The notes beneath the pieces were generated by a model. The model saw only the letters and a list, made by a program, of their open reading frames with translations. It was not told the origin of the DNA and ran no database searches. A DNA stretch of 62,323 bases, the filler included. It is 10 parts of 10 records of this genome, joined end to end, with 100 filler letters (N's around TTAATTAATTAA, not from the genome) between each part and the next. Parts side by side here need not be neighbours in the genome. Positions count along the whole stretch, not along the records: positions 42,045 to 48,304 come from SRR31147125_139144; positions 48,405 to 56,589 come from SRR31147125_139337; 8 more parts are not named here. One strand, written 5' to 3'. Position numbers and translations under genes: made by a program. Below are positions 42,995 through 53,701 of the stretch, one piece after another; positions within the stretch are counted from its first letter, which is position 1; each line of letters starts with the position of its first letter.

Positions 42995-43228
42995 ACTGAA
43001 GCAGGATTCTTCCAAAAGACTGTTTGGTAAGGAAAGGGTGAGCCGGTGGCTAAGTTTTTGGGACACCATCAGTTTTTGGTTGGAGTTAGATAATTTTTTT
43101 TCTAAATTATAGTATTTTGTAATTTTTTATGATAAAGTTTTAAATAGATGATAATGGGATTTTTTATACAAAAGAAATATAAGTGCTGATAGGTGATTTT
43201 TTTATGTATTTCAACGAGTATCTAAATA

Positions 43229-46200
43229 ATGAGGGTAAGCGAAATGAGTCATGCGATAAGAATCATCATGGTATTGATAGGCTTGATTATGCCGATGAAG
43301 AGTTTTGGGGAATCACTATATCTTGTGCATAGTAAGGGGACTGAATATCCCTGTTGCAAAGACCCCTGGTCTGATCGTCTACCAATGCGATATATTGGAT
43401 ATGTAAAATGTCCAGATCTTGAGAGTTTATTTGAACCACTTTCTCCATCGTGTGACATTTTGTACGAAGGTTCTTTGGTAAATATATCCTGGTTCGAGAC
43501 TGTTGCACTAGAAAATGATAGTATTTCTCATGACTATCTAGGAACCCCTCCTTTTTATTATTCTTGCGGCAATACTGATAATTGTAGACCGAGATTTACT
43601 TTTTTCGCTCAATATTCTCAATCTTTGATTGATGACTTATTTTCAGATTCTCGGGTATATTTTCGATTTTATCAAGATTGGAATGAATTCGCGTATGATA
43701 ATACTTATTCTCAATCAGAATTTGATGATTTACTTATCGAAAGACAAGAGAGCATTGATGACTGTGATTGTGACGGTTTCGCTATACTTACTGAAGGATA
43801 TTGTGAAAGCACATCTGGAGAGGAAGAGCTAAAATACATTGAGTATAAGGACTGTAAAAAAGGAGATATAATAGGATATGGTCCAAAAGATCATGTCACA
43901 AGATTTGAATATCCTACTTCCACTTGTTCATTGACTTCAAATGATATTGATTCTTTTCGGACTCAAATTAATAATTCCGATCCTTGCGCCAATCAAATGG
44001 TGCTCAGTTATAATTTGGGAACAGGTCCAAATTCGTATGGTTTGCCGACTAATCCTATTGAAAATTCTTCCAACACTTGTAATCCAATCAATTTTGCCAC
44101 CGGCAATAAATACAGACAAGAGAGAGATTTTTTTATTCCTGATTTGGGAATTGGGCTAAAATTTACGAGACATTACAATAGTCAGAACGATAGCATTTCT
44201 TGTCTCGGTTATGGTTGGACAGGGTCTTTTTCAGAGTCTCTCAGTGTATCGGAAGACAACCTTATTCTTCATCAATCTGACGGTGCTGACGTGGTTTTTA
44301 CCTACAATGACGATCAGAATTATTTTGTTTCCGAAACAGGCCAGAGCAGAATAATTGAAGCGATCGGTGAAAATTGGCGTTTGACCGAACCCAATTCCAT
44401 TATTCTTGAATTTGATATTGAAGGGAAGTTGATCCAAATCCTTGACCGTAATGGGAATTATCTGGTTGTACAGTATGATGGAAGCAATCTTTCATCCGTG
44501 GAAGATAATTTTGGAAGAAGAATCGATTTTTCTTATAATGAAGACGGATTGCTTGAGTTTTCAGACACTCCGATCGGTAGGTTTGAATACCGCTATGATC
44601 AAGTGGCCAATTTGATTCTGGTAATCAAACCGGACTCGACACAGAGAAGCTATTCGTACGAGGCCCCCCATGACTCTCACAACCTGACAGGGATTACGGA
44701 TGCCAATGGGCTTCAGGCTCTCTATGAATATGATGACCAGGATCGGGCGATTTCGTCTGAACGCATTGGCGGTACGGATCGCTTAACGGTCAGTTATGAA
44801 GATGGGTTAACCCGAACAATTACGGATTCGGCAAACAATACCATTTCTTACGAACTTCAGGCAGAACATGGTATCGGTCGCATTCGTTCATCCTCTGGTT
44901 CATGTAGCAGCTGTCCGAGTGCTTCGGGAACGACATATGAAATGGATGATCGTCTAAACATTCAAAGCAAAACAGATGCTTTGGGGAATGTGACGCTATA
45001 CACATATGACAATAAGGGGAATGTCCTTATCAAAACCGAAGCCTCTGGAACCTCGGAAGAACGAACAACTCTTTATACATGGCATCCGGAATTAAATCTC
45101 ATCACCTCTGAAAGCCGTGAAAGTGTTTCTAACCCGGGACAAATTAATAAAATTGAGTATGAGTATGATGAGAATGGCAATTTAATTCGTCAAATAGAAA
45201 CCGGCTTTTCAGAAACAGAAACAATTTCTTCCGAAATCCTATATGCCTACAATGATTACGGGCAAATCATCCAGGTTGATGGCCCCCGTACAGATATTAC
45301 CGATATCTCCTCTTACGAATATTACCCCAACAATTCGTCAGAAGGGCTGAACCGGGGAATGCTGAAAAAGAGCATCGACTCGATCGGTAGTGAAATTTTG
45401 TATGGAGATTACAATGCCTGGGGAAAACCCGGAACCATCACGGATCCAAACGGTACGGTCACAACCCTTGGTTATGATGTCATGGGCCGCCTGCTTTCGG
45501 AAACGACTTCGACTTTAGGCATCACCAAATCATATGAATACAATCCGGTCGGACAACTTACAGCCATACATTTACCTGAGAATATCGATATCCTTTACAC
45601 TTACGGCAACAATGGGTTGTTGGAAAAGATGACGGATGGAAAGGGTAATTATATTCACTATTTTTATGATAGTCGAGGCAATCGGACTCGTGAGGAAATC
45701 CGAGATGCTCAAGGCACTCTAAAAAGATTCAAAGATTTTGAATATGACAGTTTCTCTCGGTTAAAAACCATCACCCACCCGGATGGCACTGACGAAGAAC
45801 GGATTTACGATGACAACCATAATTTGATCCGGAGTGTCAATGCTGATGGTAACTCCGTTTCCTATGCTTATGATGCCTTGAATCGGCTCATTCAGACCAC
45901 TCAACCCAATAATGTCATCACGCTATTCTCTCATGACAATCATGACAACTTGATTCAAGTTACAGATGCGGAGGGCAGAATCACCGGTTTTAACCATGAT
46001 GACTTTGGAAATCGGATTTCCGGTGTATCCCCGGATACCGGCACGACTTCATATAGTTATGATAACACCGGCAATCTCATTTCAAAGGTCGATGCCGGCG
46101 GAAATGTTGTCTCTTATGCCTACGACGCTTTGAATCGGATTACAGCCATCCATTTTTCCGATCAGGATATCCTTTATACGTGGGATCAAGGCCCCAACGC

Positions 46201-48304
46201 CCAAGGAAGAGTATCAGAAATCAGTGACGCATCGGGTAACACCATCTATGGGTATGATCCGCTGGGACGTGTAATTCTGGAAGAAAAAGAGATTCAAAAT
46301 CTTTCGTTTGCAGTCGAGTATTCCTATGATGATAACGGCAACGTCACCGACATGGTCTATCCTTCAGGCCGTATTGTCAGCTATGAGCTGGATAGCGTTG
46401 GGCAAGTTGTCAAGGTCACGACTGAGAAAGACGGTGACGTACAAATCTTGGCTGAAAATATCACTTATCTTCCCTTTGGGTCTACCACAGCGGTCGATTA
46501 CGGAAATGGCTCTGCTCTGACATATGGGTTTGATCAGAGGTATCGTCTTACCAATATTTCCGACGAAAATTTGCAGGACTTGAGCTATGCATATGATCCG
46601 GTAGGCAATATCACATCAATCACGGATGGAATAGACCCATCGAAGAGCCAGGCGTTTGTCTACGACAACCTATACCGCCTGATGGACGCCGACGGCGTTT
46701 ATGGAAGTCTCGGATACACCTACGACAAAACCGGTAATCGTTTGACCCGCACTGAAAACGGGCAAACCGATACCTATCTTTATGAATCCGGAACAAGTCA
46801 TCTGATCGAAATTACCGGTGTCGAGCCTCGAGCTTTCTCTTATGATGCCAACGGCAATACCGTAGGCTCGGGGTCTCAAGAGCTTGTTTACAGTCAAAAC
46901 AACCGGCTCATCAGTGTTTCGAATAACGGAAACCTCGTCAAAGAGTATGTCTATAATGCCTTGGGACAGCGTGTCATCGAGCACATCGGGGAGACCACAA
47001 CCATTTTCCTATACGATCAAAGTGGTAATCTGATTGCCGAGAGCGATGATGGGGGAAATTCATTGCGGGAATACGTCTGGTTGGGCAACCGCCCACTGGC
47101 GCAGATTGCTTTTGGCGATGGCACTTCCAATCCTGATCCCGAATCCCTGATTTTGGACAATGACGCCCCCGCCACTCAATATATCGGTACCTGGACGAAC
47201 TCCACAGTAGTTTCCGGCCATGAGGGTGCAGACTATCGGTATCATGCCGCCAATGGCGCTTCCCCGGAAACCATACAAATCGACAATGGCGATTCCGGTT
47301 TCAACGTCACCGGAACCTGGGAACATTCCACGGCTGTCAACGGACATGAGGGAACCGACTATCAGAAGCATATGCCCAACGGCTCATCGCCGGAGGCTCT
47401 GCTGTTTGACAACGGCGGTGTTGGCTTCAATGTCACCGGCACCTGGACTCATTCCATCGTTGTAGATGGTTACGAAGGATCAGATTACCAATATCACGCC
47501 TCAAATGGCACTTCACCGGAGGCGACCATAATCGACAATACCGATCCCGGATTTGCCGTGATCGGCAACTGGTCCACTTCAACCAACACTTCGGGTTATG
47601 CAGGAAGCGATTACTTAGCCAAAGCTGCCGGAAACGGCGATGAGACCGCCACCTGGACTTTTACAATAGACAAAGCCGGAGACTACCATATTTTGGCCCG
47701 CTGGAGCGCCCACGCCAACCGTGCCACCAATGCGCCGTATACCATCAGCCATGACGACGGCTCAGGGAGCGCCGTAATCAGCACAGTCACGGTTAGCCAG
47801 CAGCAAAACGGCGGACAAAACAATCTATTGGGCACCTACAGTCTGGAACCGGGCACCCTGTCGGTGACCCTGTCGAACGATGCCGATGGCTATGTCATTG
47901 CCGATGCCATACAGATAGAACCGGTCGATGCAGCGCCCAACACCGCCACCTGGACGTTGGAGATCCTCAGCGCCGGAGACTACGACGTGTATGCCAAGTG
48001 GCCTGCGCATCCCAACCGCGCCGGAAACGCACCCTTCACGATTCATCATGCGGACGGCGAGAGTACGGTATACGTCGATCAGCAGCAAAACGGCGGAGAA
48101 TACATTCAACTGGGTACCTATACGTTCAATGCCGGGAGCGATCACTCCGTCACTCTGACCGATCAGGCAGACGGCTATGTTATCGCCGATTCCATCCTAA
48201 TTGTTCCAATCGGTGCCCTGCCCAATACCGCCACATGGGCACTCAATGTACCTTCAGCCGGTGAATATGAAATTTATGCCAAATGGACGTCCCATTCCAA
48301 CCGT
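43229..48304 (+). CDS. Secreted RHS/YD-repeat protein with Cys-rich N-terminal domain and nested golvesin-like (CBM-fold) domains (3' partial)
   Basis: Signal peptide; DUF6531-like NPINFATGNKY/FTRHYNS/LGYGW; many YD repeats (YTYDNKGN, YAYDALNR, SPDTGTTSYSYD); EYVWLGNRPLAQI followed by golvesin-like motifs (DN..W..S..G..G.DY; ATW...GDY...W...NRA...NGG...LGTY...VIADAI). Confidence 0.92.
47144..47644 (+). repeat. Four 126-nt (42-aa) coding repeats: N-terminal halves of golvesin-like domains
   Basis: Units start at 47144, 47270, 47396, 47522; consensus xxxDNxxxGFxVxGxWxxSxxxxGxxGxDYxxHxxNG(SPE). Confidence 0.9.
47645..48304 (+). repeat. Three (last truncated) 95-99-aa coding repeats: C-terminal halves of golvesin-like domains
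   Basis: Units start with TATW at 47645, 47942, 48227. Confidence 0.9.
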
Positions 48305-48404
48305 NNNNNNNNNNNNNNNNNNNNNNNNNNNNNNNNNNNNNNNNNNNNTTAATTAATTAANNNNNNNNNNNNNNNNNNNNNNNNNNNNNNNNNNNNNNNN
48401 NNNN

Positions 48405-48596
48405 AAGACCCTCAAGATCACCCCCCAGATCAACGAGGAACGCATGGTGCGCCTGAATCTTTCCATTGAGGAAGCCACCACCCTGTTCGAATCCAAGAAA
48501 GGCAAGATCGATCAACTGCGCGAATGCCAGATCAACCTCCACCGGGGCGGCCTGGACGCGATCGAACCGCCGTCCATGGAAGCGGAGTTGCCGTAG
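48405..48596 (+). pseudogene. 3' end of a secretin (GspD-like) gene, apparently internally deleted
   Basis: KTLKITPQINEERMVRLNLSIE resembles the secretin barrel motif, but the expected later strands (LGGL, P.LG.IP.LG.LF, FLTP) are absent before the stop. Confidence 0.45.
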
Positions 48597-48686
48597 CCCC
48601 GTGTCCCGGCATGGGCGAACGCCTTGGGGCCAGCTTTAACATCCGATCAACGAAGGGGATGCCCACAGGATGGAATTAAGCGTTGG

Positions 48687-50015
48687 CTACGATTCAGCCG
48701 GCGTCCCGGCAACATCGTGCCCCCGAGGTGCCGCCAGCCCCGTATAGCGCCCCGGATCTTTCAGCGCCTGCCAGTCGACGGGGTGGTCCACGGTTTTTGC
48801 GAGGACATCGACGACATGGATGCCGGTCCGGCGCGACTCGAGGCAGGCACGTTTCACCAGGGCCTGGGCATCCGGTTTGGGCATGTAGGTTGACAGGGCA
48901 AACACCGCTGCTTCGGCCAGGGCTTGGCCGTTGGACTGATCGAGGGTGGCACGCATCTGCCGGACATTCACCTCGATGGTCGAAAAGAGCAGCGCTGCAT
49001 GTTTCAGGGCACCGGCGGCAGCCGAGACCATTTGGGGCAGGGTCAGCCATTCAAGCATCCAGCCGGATCCTCCCCGTTCGTGTTCCTGGATCTGGGCCTG
49101 ATGCATGATGCCCAGCAGGCCGGCATTCATACGGGTGAGCGTAACCAGCACCTCGGCCCCGATTGGATTGGATTTCTGGGGCATGGTGGAGGAACCGCCG
49201 CCGGAGGAAAAGCGAACCTCGGCGATTTCGGATTGAGCCATGAGCAGCAGATCCTGGCCGATTTTGCCCAGGCTGCCGGTAAGCATGGAGAGCCAGCCGG
49301 CGAACTCAACCATGCCATCCCTCTGGCTGTGCCATGGTGTCCTGGGAAGACCAAGATTCAATTCCTCGGCCAGCTGCCGGGCCGTGTCAGGGCCGTTATC
49401 TCCCATGGCGGCCAGGGTTCCGGCGGCGCCCCCCAATGAGAGAACCAACAGCCGCGGCTTGATCCGTGACAAGCGTACCAGGTGGCGCCGCATCGGTTCG
49501 GCCCACAGGTTGATCTTATGGCCCAGGGTCGTGGGAATGGCCTGCTGCCACCTTGCCCTGGCCACCATGAGGGTCCTCTCGTGAACGGTGGCCAGCGCCT
49601 GCATGGTTTCCAAGAGCTTGCCAATCCGTTTTTCCATTGAATCGATGGCCTGTCTCAATCGCAGAACCAGCGCGGTATCCACGATGTCCTGGCTGGTAGG
49701 CCCCCAATGCAGGTAGTAACGCCCCTGTTTATCGATGACCGCCCGGGCGGCATCGAGCAAGGCGGGCACGGGGACCCCGGATTCCGCCGTGCCGCGGGAA
49801 AATTCCGCCGGATCGGGGGCAAAATCCGCAAGGCCGTCGGCAATCTGTTGGTAGGCGATGCGTGGGATGCTACCGTTGCCGGCCTGGACCTTGGCCAGGG
49901 CCACCTCGACCTTTAACATGGCGGCAATGGCCGCTTCATCGGAGAAGCAGGAAATCACGTCGGGATCGCAGAAAAGCATGGAAAACAGCGGTGAATCAAA
50001 AGGGCTGATGGACAT
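48687..50015 (-). CDS. pcaB: 3-carboxy-cis,cis-muconate cycloisomerase
   Basis: HWGPTSQDIVDT, GGAAGTL, signature GSSTMPQKSNP, HERGGSGWMLEW; pca context. Confidence 0.92.
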   Translation of the reverse strand: MSISPFDSPLFSMLFCDPDVISCFSDEAAIAAMLKVEVALAKVQAGNGSIPRIAYQQIADGLADFAPDPAEFSRGTAESGVPVPALLDAARAVIDKQGRYYLHWGPTSQDIVDTALVLRLRQAIDSMEKRIGKLLETMQALATVHERTLMVARARWQQAIPTTLGHKINLWAEPMRRHLVRLSRIKPRLLVLSLGGAAGTLAAMGDNGPDTARQLAEELNLGLPRTPWHSQRDGMVEFAGWLSMLTGSLGKIGQDLLLMAQSEIAEVRFSSGGGSSTMPQKSNPIGAEVLVTLTRMNAGLLGIMHQAQIQEHERGGSGWMLEWLTLPQMVSAAAGALKHAALLFSTIEVNVRQMRATLDQSNGQALAEAAVFALSTYMPKPDAQALVKRACLESRRTGIHVVDVLAKTVDHPVDWQALKDPGRYTGLAAPRGHDVAGTPAES

Positions 50016-50190
50016 GTTAACCTCTACTTTAGTTTCAGCCAGGACGATTTATATCTTAAGCCGAGTGGGAAAAAAGTTTTCGCCCCCACACCTCGAACTC
50101 GCATCATGACGTGTTCCTCGTAAATGAAACCGCACGACCTTGCAGCCCTGTTCGGATCGATTCTTGCCCGGCGGTAAAAATAAAATAACA

Positions 50191-51021
50191 CTATTCGGCC
50201 GGCGGCAGCGAGAGCATCCGCCGTGCCTCGGCCGGTGCGGCCGGCCGGCGATCGTATGTCTTGCACAGGTCGGCAAGACGCGCCACCAGTTCGGCGTTGC
50301 CGGTGGCCAGCCGGGTTTTATCGAAGCGGACGTTGTCCTCCAGGCCGGTTCGGCAATGACCGCCCATCTCCAGGGCCCAGTGGTTGATCTGCAACTGGCT
50401 GCGGCCGATGCCGGCGGCAGTCCAGGTGGCGTCGGGGAGCAGCTTCAGCTGGGCGACTTCAAAGGCCAGGATATCCTTTTCCGGCGGCAGCGCATTTTCC
50501 AGGCCAAAGACAAATTGCACGTGCAGGGGCCGGGCAAGCTCGCCGGCCTTGGCCTTGCGCACCGCCGTATAGAGCATGGCCAGGTCGAAGACCTCGATTT
50601 CCGGCTTGACCCGGCGAGCCAGCATCTCACCGGCCAACTGGTCGACCAGCTCCGGCGGGTTCTCGTAAATCATGGTGGGGAAATTAACCGAACCGGTGGT
50701 CAGCGATGCCATATCCGGCTTGATATACAGCATGGCGCCACGCTCATGGGCGGCCCGGCCCCGGCCGCCGGTGGAAAACTGGACGATCATGCCCGGGCAC
50801 TGCTCGCGCACCCCCTCGAGCACGGCCTTGAATTTGGAAGGATCCGATGAAGACGACTGGTCTTCCTCCCGAACGTGAACATGAACGATCGACGCCCCGG
50901 CGTCAAAAGCCTCACGGGTGGAGACGATTTGCTCCTCGACGGTGATGGGCACGGCCGGGTTGTGCTCCTTTCTGGGAAGCGATCCGGTGATGGCCACGGT
51001 TATGATACATGGCATGGGCAT
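50191..51021 (-). CDS. Beta-keto acid cleavage enzyme (BKACE/Kce, DUF849)
   Basis: IITVAITGS...NPAVPIT, HVHVR, QFSTGG, PDMASL, GGHCRTGLEDN. Confidence 0.93.
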   Translation of the reverse strand: MPMPCIITVAITGSLPRKEHNPAVPITVEEQIVSTREAFDAGASIVHVHVREEDQSSSSDPSKFKAVLEGVREQCPGMIVQFSTGGRGRAAHERGAMLYIKPDMASLTTGSVNFPTMIYENPPELVDQLAGEMLARRVKPEIEVFDLAMLYTAVRKAKAGELARPLHVQFVFGLENALPPEKDILAFEVAQLKLLPDATWTAAGIGRSQLQINHWALEMGGHCRTGLEDNVRFDKTRLATGNAELVARLADLCKTYDRRPAAPAEARRMLSLPPAE

Positions 51022-51083
51022 GGAGACAAGCCTTATCTGTTTACCGGTTGGCGGTGGATCGGCAGACGGTTGGAAAAATCCGC

Positions 51084-51662
51084 TCAGACATCGAAGAACA
51101 CGGTTTCCGACGTGCCCTGCATATGAATGTCGAATCGGTAAACCGTTCCGCCGGGCGTCTCTTCCCGCGTGGCGATCAACGTCTGCCGGCGTGCCTCATC
51201 GACGCTGCCCAGCACCGCATCGCCGGCGTTCAGCGCATCCTCGTCGGAAAAGTAGAGGCGCGTGTGGAGGTGGCTCAGCAGCCCTCTCATGAACACCATT
51301 ACGTTGAGGTGCGGCGCCTGGCCGTCGGCCGTGGCGCCGGGTTTGATGGTGTCGAACCAGAACCGGTTGTGGGGGTCGGTGCCGGTGCCCACGCGTCCGA
51401 ATCCGGTGAACCCGTCCTGCCGCGAGGCGTCGGGGTATCGCCCGGTTGCATCGGCCTGCCATACCTCGATCATGGCATCGGACACAGGCACGCCGTCACC
51501 GTCGAGCACCCGGCCGGTAATCCGGATGCGCTCGCCCTGAATCTTCTCGTCCACCATCTGCGAAACTGCGAGACTGGCAAAGTCATACCCGTATTGCGTG
51601 GGCGTCAGGGTGTAGGCGAAATAAGGACCGACGGTTTGCGAGGGGGTTTGCTCACTGCTCAT
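51084..51662 (-). CDS. pcaG: Protocatechuate 3,4-dioxygenase alpha subunit
   Basis: QTPSQTVGPYF, EVWQADATGRY, QAPH...RGLLSHLHTRLYF, FDIHMQG..ETVFFDV. Confidence 0.95.
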   Translation of the reverse strand: MSSEQTPSQTVGPYFAYTLTPTQYGYDFASLAVSQMVDEKIQGERIRITGRVLDGDGVPVSDAMIEVWQADATGRYPDASRQDGFTGFGRVGTGTDPHNRFWFDTIKPGATADGQAPHLNVMVFMRGLLSHLHTRLYFSDEDALNAGDAVLGSVDEARRQTLIATREETPGGTVYRFDIHMQGTSETVFFDV

Positions 51663-51695
51663 GAGTCGTTTCTCCTTGTGGATCGGCAATGGAAG

Positions 51696-52391
51696 TTACT
51701 GTTGCACCGGCATGGCGGCCTTGCCGCGCAATACGATGTCGAAAACATAACCCAGGGCGAAATCGGGTTCGGTCACCTCGATGGAAAAGCGGCTGACCAG
51801 CCGATGCCGGGCGGCAGCGGGTGCGCCTTGGAAGATGGGATCCAGATCCAGGAGCGGATCGCCCGGGAAATACATCTGCGTCACCAGCCGGGTAGCCATG
51901 ACCGGTCCCAGCAGGGAAAAGTGGATGTGGTTGGGCCGCCATGCGTTGTGATGATTCTTCCAGGGATAGGCACCGGGCTTGACAGTATAGAACCGGTAAT
52001 TGCCGTGTTCATCGGTGACGCAACGGCCGGCCCCCATGAAATTAGGATCCAGCGGTGCATCGTGGTTGTCGACCACGTGAATATAGCGACCGGCGGCATT
52101 GGCCTGCCATACCTCAATCAGGGTATTGGGAATCGGGTGGCCTTTTTCGTCGCGTACCTGACCGGTGACGACGATGCGCTCTCCAAGGGGCTGGCCGTTG
52201 ACGCGCGCGTTTCGGGTGAGGTCATGGTCCAACGGCCCAAGGCACCGGGGATCGAACGCCGGACCGGTGGTTTCACAGCCGCTCTGCCGGATGGGCACCA
52301 GCGATTGGGTGGGCCCCCGCAGATTGGTGGACTTGTAGTCGGAGTAGATCAAGGGGGGATGGCTATCCCAGTCTCTGGGAAGAAACGTCAT
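51696..52391 (-). CDS. pcaH: Protocatechuate 3,4-dioxygenase beta subunit (in frame with upstream pcaC)
   Basis: HPPL...YKST.LRGP, WQANAAGRY, PGAYPW.N..NAWRPNHIHFS (Tyr/His Fe ligands), TQMYFPGDP. Confidence 0.95.
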   Translation of the reverse strand: MTFLPRDWDSHPPLIYSDYKSTNLRGPTQSLVPIRQSGCETTGPAFDPRCLGPLDHDLTRNARVNGQPLGERIVVTGQVRDEKGHPIPNTLIEVWQANAAGRYIHVVDNHDAPLDPNFMGAGRCVTDEHGNYRFYTVKPGAYPWKNHHNAWRPNHIHFSLLGPVMATRLVTQMYFPGDPLLDLDPIFQGAPAAARHRLVSRFSIEVTEPDFALGYVFDIVLRGKAAMPVQQ

Positions 52392-52790
52392 GGCTCGCAT
52401 CCTTTCCGGTGGCGTATCATCGGTTTGCGCGTAATGCGTCCTGGCCACCCTGAATGCCGCATTGGCTGCCGGGATACCGGCGTATACGGCGACTTGCATC
52501 AATACTTCCCTGACATCGGCCATACTGGCGCCGGTGTTGGCCGTGGCCTTGAGGTGAAGGGTCAACTCCTCCAAGTGGCCCAGGCTGGCCAGCATGGCAA
52601 TCGTCAGCATACTGCGTTCGCGGCGGGTCAGGTGGTCCCGCGCCCAGATGGATCCCCAGGCCGTTTCGGTGATGAACCGCTGGAAGTCGGCGTCCAGTTC
52701 CGTCGTGTTTTTCTCCGCCCGGTCCACATGGGCATCTCCCAGCACTGCCCGTCGAACGGCCCGGCCTTTCTCATGGGTCGGCTTGGTCAC
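52392..52790 (-). CDS. pcaC: 4-carboxymuconolactone decarboxylase (no stop before pcaH in this assembly)
   Basis: GAGGAG RBS, GTG start; RRAVLGDAHVDR, FQRFITETAWG, RRERSM, VAVYAGIPAANAAF. Confidence 0.9.
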
Positions 52791-53577
52791 GATTCGTCTC
52801 CTCGATGAATGTGCTGATGGCCGAAGCCAGCTGGTCGGCTGCCTCGATGCAGGGCAAATGCCCGGCACCCTCCACCAGCTCAAAACGGGACCCGGTGATC
52901 AGGGCGCTCATGGATTGCACCAGCTCAGGCGGGGTGGCGCCATCCTCCGACCCGCACAGGCAACGTACCGGCAGTTTCAGGTTGTTGGCGGCGGCCGTCA
53001 GGTCGGCGTCTCGCAGGGCCGCGCAGGTGCCGACGTACCCCTCCACGGGGGTCCGCACCAGCATATTGCGCCAGCCGGCCACGGCTTCGGGCACGGCCTG
53101 GCGGAAGGATTCGGAAAACCACCGTTCGAGAATGGAATCGGCAATACTTTCGATCCCGTGTTGGCGGATCGCTTCGATGCGTTGATTCCACAGATCATCC
53201 GATCCGATCTTGTGGGCGGTATCGCACAGCATCAGCCCATTAACCATGCCCGGTCGGCGGGCCGCCAGTCCCAACGCGATCATGCCGCCCACCGAAACGC
53301 CGCAAAACAGCGCCTTCTCGACGCGTATATGGTCCAGCAGGCCGGCCAGATCGTCAATGTGGTTGTCCAGGGTGTAGGGTGCCGGCGGTGCATCGGAAAG
53401 GCCGTGCCCTCTCTTGTCGTAGCAGATGCTTTGTATCCTGCCGCCCAGGCAGTCGAGCACACCATTCCAAATTCTCAGGTCCGTACCCAGAGAGTTAAGA
53501 AAAACCACCAGCGGCGCACCGGGATACCCCTTGCGCCGGTAGTGAATATGAAGTCCGTCGATCAAATCAACCTGCAT
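52771..53577 (-). CDS. pcaD: 3-oxoadipate enol-lactonase
   Basis: NSLGTDLRIW, YDKRGHGLS, GVSVGG, RDADL, GSEDGATPP, GHLPCIE. Confidence 0.93.
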   Translation of the reverse strand: MQVDLIDGLHIHYRRKGYPGAPLVVFLNSLGTDLRIWNGVLDCLGGRIQSICYDKRGHGLSDAPPAPYTLDNHIDDLAGLLDHIRVEKALFCGVSVGGMIALGLAARRPGMVNGLMLCDTAHKIGSDDLWNQRIEAIRQHGIESIADSILERWFSESFRQAVPEAVAGWRNMLVRTPVEGYVGTCAALRDADLTAAANNLKLPVRCLCGSEDGATPPELVQSMSALITGSRFELVEGAGHLPCIEAADQLASAISTFIEETNRDQADP

Positions 53578-53701
53578 AGAAAATGCCTCCGGGTAAAATC
53601 GACACCATTCGACCGGACTGACCGTTTCAGCCGTTTTAAATCACAATCAGCATAACATCTTTTCGGCATTCCTGATATTGCCAGGAATGGAAACACTCAG
53701 T

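Noticed and set aside
47144-47644. 126-nt repeats as DGR template/variable repeats
   Set aside because: In-frame coding repeats diverged at all bases; no adenine-specific pattern noticed and no reverse transcriptase.
51009-53655. Long plus-strand ORFs (599 aa, 353 aa) opposite the pca genes, and similar shadows elsewhere
   Set aside because: Antisense shadows of GC-rich genes with no recognisable motifs.
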